The position numbers and the translations under genes were made by a program. Below the pieces are notes generated by a model, which worked only from the letters and a program-made list of their open reading frames with translations, did not search any database and was not told where the DNA came from. Shown here piece after piece: positions 32,976-42,389 of a stretch of DNA of 64,000 nucleotides. Position 1 is the first letter of the stretch. Each line of letters opens with the position of its first letter. Location: the NCBI GenBank assembly GCA_000004985.1, contig GG738930.1; one strand, given 5' to 3'. This stretch comes from Naegleria gruberi (Eukaryota).

Positions 32976-35280
32976 TTACTGTTTCATCAACTTGGATTGA
33001 ATAATTTTGGTGAGGTGTAAAATCTTATTGTTATCCTCTTTGTTTTCTTTCGTCAATTCGGACAAGTAAGACAATAAATAAAAGGCTCTATTATACAGGG
33101 CAGTCCACTTGGGATAACCAATCATTTCCCAACAACAAGCTTCTTTGGTCAACTCGATAGCCGACAAATACATTACATTGGTAATGTCTTTGCATTTTGA
33201 TGGCTCTAATAATTTGGTTTTGGAGTGTAGTTTTTCTGTCCTCTTGAAAACATCATTTAATAAATGATTCATGAATGACATGAGAGCTGTTTTGCGATCA
33301 GATGGTGGAATTCGAGAAAGAAAAGGGGTGCAGTTCTGTAAAAGTTGAGTTGATCTCAAGTAGAGAGCAAAAGATTCAGTTATTTTCGAGGTTCTTTCAA
33401 AATTGAGAGCCATCTCTGCAAGAACCCAACTGATTTGAAGATTTCGTTCTACATTATCCAAAGTTGGCTTGTCCTCTGGGGATGATGCTAGCTCTGAAAA
33501 ATCAAATATTACAATTGGATATTTTTCCAATGAGGATTCTATGGTATAAGTTTTAGAAATGTACAAATCTGGATTAGGTTCAAATTTTTCATCAAAGAGA
33601 ATAATTAAATTCTTCTTTTCTGTTGAATCAGTGAGGGATGGTGGTTGTTGAGTAGATGTTGATGATGATGAAGCAACAATTGGGGAAGGGGTAGGAGTTG
33701 AGTTTGTTGAGATATCAGTTGTTGAAATAATGATATCATCTGGAGTTGATGGTATTCCTTGAATTTCCAAAGGATCTATAATGTCATACTCTTCTTCCAA
33801 GCTCGAAAGTTGAATGACATTTGGTTCACTGCTCTTTCGTTGCTCGTTTCTAATATTTACAATGTAAGGATGATTGTAAAATTGATCGAAATCAAATCTT
33901 GAATTAGGATCAAATGTCAATAATCCTTTCAATAAATCAATCAATTCAGGCGAAGTGTCTCTAGTTGGAAAGGATGTTCCACTCATCACTCTCCTATATT
34001 GTTGAGCCATATCGTTTGCTATGAAAGGTAAATTACCATAGCATAATAAATAAATAATTACACCAATTGACCATAAATCAGCCTTAATATCATAGGTAAC
34101 TTGTTTTCCAGCCAAGTAATGCATAATTTCAGGTCTTTGCTCCAATGAATAAAATAGAAATTACAAAAACTTACGCCATAAACATTGGAGTTCCACAAAC
34201 TGTCTGAGCTAATTTGTTTGTATCCAATTCCTTTGCAAGTCCCAAATCTGCAATCTTTAACGTTCCAAAATCAATATCATAATCATCATCTCCATTATCT
34301 ATTATTTCCATTGGTTTGGAAAAGAGTAAATTTGCTGGTTTTAAATCTCTAAACAACAAATTAGTTCAAAATGCAAGCAATATAACCTACCTATGCATAA
34401 TCTGTTTTCTATTCAAATATTCAACTCCTTCAGATAATTGGTAAATCAACTTTTTCAAAAATCTCTCTTTCATTCTTCCATTATTATTGAACACGAGTGG
34501 TGATCTCTTCTTAATCAAATCATTCAAATCACCTCCTCCACAAAATTCCAACACAACATAACAATTGTGATGCGTCTCTAAAAATTCAACCATTCTAATG
34601 CAATAATCCGAATCCAAATCTCTCATAATCTTAATTTCACTCGAAAAGTATTTGAGATTGGAAGAATTCAAAATTTTCTTATCAATCACCTTGATGGCAA
34701 CTTGTTGCTTTGTTATTGAATGCATTCCTTCATAAACACTTGCATAACTTCCTGATCCCAACTTGCTATCAATAAATATCAAAAAGTCACCAACTTTCTT
34801 TGCCTTTTCCTTCTTGTCTGATTGATAAACAAGACCTCCACTTGATTGTACACGATGAGTGGTTGCCACTCTCTTCTTCTTTTGTTCTGGTGTTACAACT
34901 ACAGTTGTTCCTGATGATGCAGGTGATGATTTACTATTTACATTTCTTGGTGATGATGATGGAGATGCTGATGAAGGCACTTTGAATTCGGAAAGGTTGA
35001 TATCAGATGATGATCGAATAGAATCTTCCTCTCCCACCTTGACAAGTCTTGATGACTTGTTCGTTTCATCCAATTTACGTGTTATTGTTGTTGATACTCC
35101 AATAGTTTCAATTGTTGTTGTTGTTGTTGCTGTTGCTGTTGTGGCAGCAGAATCAAATGAATTATTGCCATCACTACTACCCGATGATCCATTATTATTG
35201 TCATCATCCACCACTACTGAATCATCATTATTGTTTTCTTCAACGATGAAAATTCCTTCACGAATTCGTTTTGTTGACAT
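32976..35280 (-). CDS. serine/threonine protein kinase with long C-terminal non-catalytic region; join(32976..34134,34175..34348,34391..35280), ~740 aa
   Basis: Subdomains LGSGSYASVYEG, AIKVI, HRDLKPANLL, DLGLA and GTPMFMAPEI are reconstituted across two short introns (42 nt GTAGGT..TTTAG and 40 nt GTAAGT..CAAAG), both in phase. ATG at 35280. Confidence 0.8.
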
Positions 35281-35497
35281 TTTTTAGTAGGTTACCAAAT
35301 TTTCAAAAGTGGAAACGTGATGAAAACTCTTGTTGTCATTCTCGAGAGAAGCATGTTTAACGTGATTGAGTTTACTGTTTGAGAAAACAACTGTTTTCAA
35401 TAACATTGTAAACTGGGTTGATAATAAATTGCAATTTATTAGATATTAGTAAATAATTGAGTTTTAAATCGACAGTCGAGAGAATTATCAAGATTTC

Positions 35498-35935
35498 TTA
35501 AGCAATGATGCATGATTTTCCAGGCAAGCTTGAACTGTCCCAATTGGATTCAAAATGAGTTTGAATATTGTTGGCAAAATTACCAAACATTGACATGTCC
35601 AAACAATTCTCTGCAGATGCTTCTCCTTGTCCAACAATGTACCCATACAATGCACTAGTATCAGAAGAAGGTCCATATCGATGACAATAATGAGCAACAG
35701 CTTGTTCTTCACCTTGATTATTGCCCAAAAGGAAAACACTTGCCGATTCTCTCAGATAATATCCCATCGATGCATAGGATGCTGACAATGATTCGGAAGA
35801 AATTGAACTCACATCCATTCGAAAATTAAAAGTATGACCACTTTTACTAATGGAAAATGAGTGACTCGATTTCTCACAGAGAGGATAAGGTGCTGAAAGA
35901 TTGGCAGTGTAGGATGGAATAGTTGAGGAGGACAT
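35498..35935 (-). CDS. small protein of unknown family, tandem paralogue A (145 aa)
   Basis: Shares clear collinear similarity with the ORF at 36211-36609 (YPL.E.S...F..S.....TFNFR.D..SISS.SL..S.A..G..LRESA..FLL.NN......VA.YCH.YGP.S..S..YGYIVGQ......N.....MF.NF...IQ.HFE.NW). Confidence 0.55.
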   Translation of the reverse strand: MSSSTIPSYTANLSAPYPLCEKSSHSFSISKSGHTFNFRMDVSSISSESLSASYASMGYYLRESASVFLLGNNQGEEQAVAHYCHRYGPSSDTSALYGYIVGQGEASAENCLDMSMFGNFANNIQTHFESNWDSSSLPGKSCIIA

Positions 35936-36210
35936 TTTTTTACTGTTATTGTTTGGGATATTTCTTCACATTGCACAATTATTCATTTGATTTTGGAGGG
36001 TTACACATTCCAGCATGTACAAACTGGAAGGAGAATCGCTTACTACTATGGTATTATATTTGGTGTTGTTGTGTGAACTTTGGAAAGGTTTACAATAATG
36101 TCATCATCACACTAGTAGTCGTTAGTAGAGAGATAGAGGTATTAGAATGCACAGTTGGGGATGTAACACGATCAGATATGATTTTACAGTAAAATAAACA
36201 AATGGAAAGT

Positions 36211-36609
36211 TTAGTTTTGTTTCCAATTCAATTCAAAGTGTTTTTGAATTGCTTTTGTAAAATTAGCAAACATGTCATGTTCAAAACTATTATCATCTTG
36301 TTCTCCTCCTGATTGTCCAACAATATATCCATAGAATGAGCTCATATTTGAACAAGGTCCATAGCCATGACAATATTGAGCAACCATTCTTTGCTCATCA
36401 TTATTTTCTAATAGGAAGATTGTTGCCGATTCTCTTAGAAAAACTCCCTTGGTTGCAAAGGATCTTGTTAGAGATTGGGAAGAAATTGAATAAATATCAA
36501 TTCGAAAATTGAAAGTTTGATTATTTCTTGTGAGTGAAAATAATTGATTGCTGACTTCGGAGAGAGGATAAGGTGATGGAAGTTTGGCAGTGTATTTGAT
36601 TATTGACAT
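36211..36609 (-). CDS. small protein of unknown family, tandem paralogue B (132 aa)
   Basis: See paralogue A; same strand, ~280 nt apart. Confidence 0.55.
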   Translation of the reverse strand: MSIIKYTAKLPSPYPLSEVSNQLFSLTRNNQTFNFRIDIYSISSQSLTRSFATKGVFLRESATIFLLENNDEQRMVAQYCHGYGPCSNMSSFYGYIVGQSGGEQDDNSFEHDMFANFTKAIQKHFELNWKQN

Positions 36610-37260
36610 TTTTTTTTGATCTTTTGTTAGAAATTAACAGGTTAGGGAATGTTCAAAACACTTCAATTTACTGGTAAATTGTTTATTTCTTGAAACAGTG
36701 CCACTGGGGCATGCCTTGAATGAAAATCAGGTGAGAGTGGATAAATTTTAGATGAAAGATTGTTAAATTCAGAATATTATTCCAAGAGAAATGGAATATC
36801 TTCTATTAATTCATTAAGTAAACCTGTTTTGAGATTATAAAAAAAGTTAAGATTGGAAGCCAACTCCCTCTCTAATATGTTGCTATGATTCTATGCATGT
36901 ATTGTATGAAGGAATATTGCAGGATATGATGGCCATGATTCCAGTTTCTTATTGGGAGAAATTCGATCTCCTCTTCCTTAAACAAAAATATCCTTCATTT
37001 CTTCACAAACATCCTAGAAAAACAACTAATGGACAAACAATGAATAGTTTGAAAGCCATTGAAGTATATATGATAACTCATTATTATTTGGAATTATTTA
37101 CTTGTATAGAAAATTATCAAGCAATTGAAAGAGAAGTTAATCTTATTCGCAGATTTGTTAATATCATAGATTCATTGACAGATTCATTCATTTCTTCTGA
37201 ATTGGAGCAAAAGCATTTCCTCAACCATTAATCTTAAAGGTTTATAAAGTAGACAAAAGC

Positions 37261-37333
37261 TGGGGACTGTGAGGATCGAACTCACGACCTTAGGATTATG
37301 AGACCTACGCGCTACCGACTGCGCCAAGTCCCC
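37261..37333 (-). tRNA. tRNA-Met (anticodon CAT; elongator-like)
   Basis: Reverse complement gives acceptor GGGGACT/AGTCCCC, D stem GCGC/GCGC, anticodon loop CTCATAA, and T arm GTGAG-TTCGATC-CTCAC. Confidence 0.8.
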
Positions 37334-37599
37334 TTACATGTATGTCCTTAATAATTAATTTTTCACCAATGAAATAACACATACTCTAAAAATGAGCACC
37401 AATTTTTTCCCTTATTTACTCAGATGTATCTTATCCTTATTGGTACTCAGGATCCTTCCAAATCTTTGCGAACAAGGCAACCAGTTCAAAACGTTATGGC
37501 CACATCTTCACAACTTCACTACGCATCAAACAAAACCGCCTCTTCACTTGCCCTCAAATTCAACCCACAACTTTCTATCAACACTATATTGAAAAAAAC

Positions 37600-40539
37600 A
37601 TGCCCACCAATACAATAGCCACTTCTGCTACTCCCTCAACAAACAACTCGACTGCTGCATACTCAGCAACAACAACAAATTCCAACTCCAATTTTTTACT
37701 TCGACCCTCTTCGAGAGAACCACGAGTTATACGAAAAGCTCCAACTCCTCAGCCTTATCAATCGAAAAAGTCTGCTATCGGTCCAACTAGTGNNNNNNNN
37801 NNNNNNNNNNNNNNNNNNNNNNNNNNNNNNNNNNNNNNNNNNNNNNNNNNNNNNNNNNNNNNNNNNNNNNNNNNNNNNNNNNNNNNNNNNNNNNNNNNNN
37901 NNNNNNNNNNNNNNNNNNNNNNNNNNNNNNNNNNNNNNNNNNNNNNNNNNNNNNNNNNNNNNNNNNNNNNNNNNNNNNNNNNNNNNNNNNNNNNNNNNNN
38001 NNNNNNNNNNNNNNNNNNNNNNNNNNNNNNNNNNNNNNNNNNNNAACGAGAAGCAAAACCTCCTGGAAATTCTGAGGTTCCTCCTCTCAAGAAGAAATCT
38101 TCATCAATAACAACCACTCTAACTTCATCACCTAAGGCTGCCTCTGGAGGAGAGAAAAAAAAGGCTTCTAATCTATCTCCCTCGCCAGTAAGAAAGAGAG
38201 GTTACGAATTGGCCACCAAGTCAAGCTCGAGTTCTTCCCTATTGAAGAATGAAGAAGGAAGTGCTGCCAAGCCATCTCAATTGAGAAAATCAGGATCGTT
38301 TACAGGGCAGAATGTCATTTCTAATAATACAAAGAAGGAAGCAAATAATGGAAAAAAGTTGGCAAGACCAAAGGGATCTGCTTTTCAAAAGAAGCGTCCT
38401 CTTGATGATAAATCTGTTTCATACAAGCTGTTGGAAGAAATTGTCAATTCAACCATTACTCAGTTTATTAAGCAAGATGGAATTTTAAGTCATAGAGACT
38501 TACGCTTAATTATTAATAAGAAGATTGCCCTCGTCAAGTCAATCCATGACAATATTATTGGATCTGAAGCTGTATTTAGAACACCATTTGGGTCGAAAAA
38601 GTATTTACCAATCACGTATTGTGATTACATTGCAACGGGGAAACCATTGAAAATGATTGAGGATTACATTTTGGAACAAGTTTTACCAACCTATGCCAAC
38701 ACTCATAATACAACATCTTTCACAGGTTATCAAACAACACACTTGATAGAAGATGCAAGACAAATAATTGCTCAATGTGTGAATGCCAATTTGAAAAAAC
38801 CAGAAGTTGCAAGTTCAACCTGTACAGTGAGTGGGGAGTGTGCTTCACAGGAATCCAACAACACTCAGAAGGAAGACGATGAAGATGTTATTATCTTTGC
38901 TGGAAGTGGTAGTGCAGCATGTATCAATACACTCATTCACTACATTGGAATCAGACAGAAAGTGAGAGAGGCACCAAGTGAAAAGGAGCTCCCTGTTGTC
39001 ATTATCTCAACACTGGAACACCACAGTAATATTCTTGCTTGGAGAGAAACTGGAGCTTGTGTGATTCAAATTATGGAAGATAAGTACGGTAATGTCGACC
39101 TGGATGAACTACTAATTCACCTCAAACAATTCAAAGACAGTGGAAGAATGCTAATTGTCTCAATGACTGCAGCTTCAAATGTAACTGGTGTTGTGACTGA
39201 TACTGAAGCTATTGCCAAGTTGGCTCACGAAAATAATGCTTGGTGCTTTTTTGACTATGCTGGAGGTGCTCCATATTTGGATATTAATGTCAATCCAAAG
39301 AATGATCCTCTTCTTGCTAAGGATGCAGTCTTTATATCCCCACACAAATTTATTGGTGGTCCAAGCACTCCTGGTGTTTTGATTGCCAAGAAGAAACTCT
39401 TTTCAAATACAGTGCCAAGTCAACCTGGTGGTGGTACAGTGACCTACAATCACAGTTATACTCCAGTTGTTGAAGAAAAGGAGGAAGGAGGCACATCAAA
39501 TATTATTGGAAGCATTCGGTGTGCTCTGGTATTCAAGTTGAAGGATGAAGTTGGACCAAAATTGATTCAGAGAATTGAGGAAAAGTATAGAGATAGAGCT
39601 TTAAAGACGTGGTCAACAAATCCCAATCTTGTAATGGTTGGTCCTGGATTGGACTGTATTGGGGAGGGAAAGGTTGAAAAACTTGCCTTCTTCTCCTTTT
39701 TGGTCAAACATGAAGACTACTTTTTGCATCCATCCTATGTGAGTTTGTTGTTGAATGATCTGTTTGGACTGCAGAGCCGTCCCGGATGTTCTTGTGCTGG
39801 TCCTTACGGGGCTGAAATATTGGGCATTCAAATGACCAAGTTAAATCTTATTGAAGCTGCCATTGTTGAATCTATCAAGTCGTCCAATAGCTTGACTTGT
39901 TTGAAGCCAGGTTGGAGTAGACTCAATTTGAACTACTTTTTCGATGATAATACTGTTCAATTTGTTTTACAGGCTGTGGACTTTGTTGCAACTCATGGCT
40001 GGAAATTATTGCCTTACTATGTTTTTGATTCAAAAACCAATGAATGGAGTCATAGAAGATTTGGAAATAATTCACCTATGCGTTTGTCAGGATATTTTGA
40101 TAACTTTACCAAATACACAGAGGAAAATAGAAAGAAACTGACAGAGGTTTCATTTTCAAATGGCTTCTTGGAGTTTGTAGATAAGAATGGAGAACTTCAC
40201 AACACCGAGCCAACCACACCATTATCATACAGTAATATTTTGAAAGAAGCAGAGTCTGTATTGAGAGAATCAACAAATAACTTTAATGCACTCTACATTA
40301 ACATTGAATCTGAACTTAATAATATTTTTGGTGATGAGGAGCTCGGATTAAGACATAGATATGGTAATTTGCGATGGTTCATGCTTCCTTCTGAAGCTTT
40401 AATGGACATGAAAGGTATTGAACGTGAGAAACATACAGATCCTGTGATTGTTCCAAAAGTTTACCCATCCTCAGATAGTTATATCAAGCAAAAAAAGATT
40501 GAATCAAGAACATTCCTCAAATCAAGGTTAAATAAATAA
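37600..40539 (+). CDS. class-V aminotransferase-fold PLP-dependent enzyme (cysteine desulfurase/selenocysteine-lyase-like) with Ser/Thr-rich N-terminal extension; spans a 252-N gap
   Basis: ATG at 37600. Motifs VIIFAGSGSAACI, VVIISTLEHHSNILAW and ISPHKFIGGPSTPGVL (PLP-lysine context). The gap 37793-38044 lies inside the low-complexity N-terminal part. Confidence 0.65.
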   Translation: MPTNTIATSATPSTNNSTAAYSATTTNSNSNFLLRPSSREPRVIRKAPTPQPYQSKKSAIGPTSXXXXXXXXXXXXXXXXXXXXXXXXXXXXXXXXXXXXXXXXXXXXXXXXXXXXXXXXXXXXXXXXXXXXXXXXXXXXXXXXXXXXXREAKPPGNSEVPPLKKKSSSITTTLTSSPKAASGGEKKKASNLSPSPVRKRGYELATKSSSSSSLLKNEEGSAAKPSQLRKSGSFTGQNVISNNTKKEANNGKKLARPKGSAFQKKRPLDDKSVSYKLLEEIVNSTITQFIKQDGILSHRDLRLIINKKIALVKSIHDNIIGSEAVFRTPFGSKKYLPITYCDYIATGKPLKMIEDYILEQVLPTYANTHNTTSFTGYQTTHLIEDARQIIAQCVNANLKKPEVASSTCTVSGECASQESNNTQKEDDEDVIIFAGSGSAACINTLIHYIGIRQKVREAPSEKELPVVIISTLEHHSNILAWRETGACVIQIMEDKYGNVDLDELLIHLKQFKDSGRMLIVSMTAASNVTGVVTDTEAIAKLAHENNAWCFFDYAGGAPYLDINVNPKNDPLLAKDAVFISPHKFIGGPSTPGVLIAKKKLFSNTVPSQPGGGTVTYNHSYTPVVEEKEEGGTSNIIGSIRCALVFKLKDEVGPKLIQRIEEKYRDRALKTWSTNPNLVMVGPGLDCIGEGKVEKLAFFSFLVKHEDYFLHPSYVSLLLNDLFGLQSRPGCSCAGPYGAEILGIQMTKLNLIEAAIVESIKSSNSLTCLKPGWSRLNLNYFFDDNTVQFVLQAVDFVATHGWKLLPYYVFDSKTNEWSHRRFGNNSPMRLSGYFDNFTKYTEENRKKLTEVSFSNGFLEFVDKNGELHNTEPTTPLSYSNILKEAESVLRESTNNFNALYINIESELNNIFGDEELGLRHRYGNLRWFMLPSEALMDMKGIEREKHTDPVIVPKVYPSSDSYIKQKKIESRTFLKSRLNK

Positions 40540-41394
40540 TCTATCCCTAGGTAAAATAATTCGGTTCTGTTCAATCTTGACATCTTTTACTTCGAAGAGA
40601 GTTGACAACCTATTCAACCGTATGAGGTTTCCAGAAGAAAAAATTGCCATAATATTCCATTCTTCATTGCCAGTTTCAATGATTCGTTTCATGTCCAATC
40701 CTGTTAGATTTGTTTCATGAGAATTTGAAGAATCTCTTCTTGCAAATTGAAATATCTTTTCCGAGTCTATTAGATGGGAAATAGTGGAAATACTGACCAT
40801 ACTTTTTAATGCAGTAAAGCTTGGGTCAAACAATATGGACAATAAAAAAGTTAAAAGTGGTAGACAAGTTGGAGCAAGATCATATTTCCTGAATGTAAAG
40901 CATGGTTTCAATTTGACTTGATTATTGTGTAGAGTTGATATTTTCGAGAGGGATATTATCTTGCAGAGTGAAACAAGAGTCGATAATTCATTTTGAATTT
41001 CATCTTGATTGTTACCATATTTATATTCTAAAAATGTCATAATATCAAAATTAAATATAAATTCCAACGAGTTTTCGCCTCTCCTTGGTAGTAGAGAGAA
41101 AAGATATTGAAACACTCTCACATAATCAATACAATCATTATCCAAAAATTCATATTCACTTCCACCAATAAAATTCCTAATTAAATTAAAATTAGAAATG
41201 GCCTTCTCCAATCCAATCAACACATCTTCCAAGTAGTATTTCTTTACAAATATATATTTGTAAATATATGAACTTGTATGAATAGCAATGTACCATGTTC
41301 TACTGACAAGGCTACATTTAATTTGATCCGATAGGTCCAAATATTCCGTGATGACTGATACGAGGTCTTGATGAAGAACGTCTTGTTGATTCAT
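40528..41394 (-). CDS. F-box domain protein
   Basis: N-terminal [25 protein letters not shown] is a typical F-box. ATG at 41394 overlaps the stop of the upstream chromodomain gene (ATGA). Confidence 0.6.
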   Translation of the reverse strand: MNQQDVLHQDLVSVITEYLDLSDQIKCSLVSRTWYIAIHTSSYIYKYIFVKKYYLEDVLIGLEKAISNFNLIRNFIGGSEYEFLDNDCIDYVRVFQYLFSLLPRRGENSLEFIFNFDIMTFLEYKYGNNQDEIQNELSTLVSLCKIISLSKISTLHNNQVKLKPCFTFRKYDLAPTCLPLLTFLLSILFDPSFTALKSMVSISTISHLIDSEKIFQFARRDSSNSHETNLTGLDMKRIIETGNEEWNIMAIFSSGNLIRLNRLSTLFEVKDVKIEQNRIILPRDRLFI

Positions 41395-42284
41395 TTTTTC
41401 TTACGATTTTCCTGTTCAAAATTGTGGATCAAATCTTCTGAAATGTTCTCAAGTGGTTCCCAAGTATTATCAGAGTCAGGATAACCAGCCCACTTAACAA
41501 GGTATTCAACCTTTTTCCTTCTTGTTCTCTTACCCACTAATTTTTCTACTCTGTATTGTCCATCGTCCAGCTCGTCATCACTTTCTAAAGTTGGTGGTTC
41601 AATAACTTGTGCTGTTTTTGGTTTTCTGATTGGTGTTCTCTTTGGTGTTTCTGTTTTGGCCTTTTTGGAAGAAGAAGCTCCACCTCTCTTGATGGATTTA
41701 CGTTTCTTTGGAACTTCTTCCTCTGATATTGGAGTTGTTACTTCTGTTTCGAGTCGTTTCTTACTAGGGGTTGAAGGAGGAGGTAAAATTGAAGTTGATG
41801 GTCCTGGTTGTTCACCCAGAACTTCCTTGATAAGTGAAGACTGTGCTTCGTGAACACCTGTCACTTCTGAAAAGTAATTGAATATATTTGCTAATCCAAT
41901 TGGCAGATCAACACCTCTATCATCCTGATTTAAATAATCCAAAATCAACAATTGATTATAATATTGAAAATGTTGGTCTCTGGTAAAACTGGAACCAATT
42001 TTTCTCTTTTCGATATCTAAATAATATTTAGCACAAGTTAATAGTTTTGTCTGACTATTAATCAAAGCTCCCAACATTGGAGTATCCGATCCACTTGTTG
42101 TTGTTGTTCCATTACTACTTGAAGTTCCAGCTTTTCTTCTACTAGTTGCAGTTACTGTTGTTGTTGTTGAAGATTTTGATGAAGAAGATTTACTAGCAGG
42201 AAGCTTAACTTCAGGTTCCTCGTCTTCACTACTACTACTGAGTGTGTAAGTTGCCGAAGCTTCTTTCGATCGTTTTGTAGCCAT
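41391..42284 (-). CDS. chromodomain protein (HP1-like chromo domain at C-terminus)
   Basis: C-terminal [38 protein letters not shown] matches the chromo-domain consensus. Ser/Thr/Lys-rich N-terminus. Confidence 0.7.
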   Translation of the reverse strand: MATKRSKEASATYTLSSSSEDEEPEVKLPASKSSSSKSSTTTTVTATSRRKAGTSSSNGTTTTSGSDTPMLGALINSQTKLLTCAKYYLDIEKRKIGSSFTRDQHFQYYNQLLILDYLNQDDRGVDLPIGLANIFNYFSEVTGVHEAQSSLIKEVLGEQPGPSTSILPPPSTPSKKRLETEVTTPISEEEVPKKRKSIKRGGASSSKKAKTETPKRTPIRKPKTAQVIEPPTLESDDELDDGQYRVEKLVGKRTRRKKVEYLVKWAGYPDSDNTWEPLENISEDLIHNFEQENRKKK

Positions 42285-42389
42285 TTTTTATTGTTAATAA
42301 TTTAAAAAACGATTTTTGTTTTGGCGCCAAAACATAAAATAATATTTAATATTATATTGAAATGAATTAAAGAAATGTTATGAAAATTG

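Noticed and set aside
36893-37231. 112-aa plus-strand ORF upstream of tRNA-Met, and other 60-120-aa ORFs (e.g. 12614-12850, 12913-13164, 59830-60099, 62451-62723, 63064-63258)
   Set aside because: They are short, AT-biased, lie in likely UTR or intergenic space, and have no motif or paralogue support. They are not reported as genes.
37758-38117. ORFs composed largely of X residues across N runs (also 43484-44872, 43519-44644, 48551-49958, 53116-54005 on both strands)
   Set aside because: These are artefacts of translating assembly gaps. Only the flanking real sequence was used, and it was assigned to the neighbouring genes.
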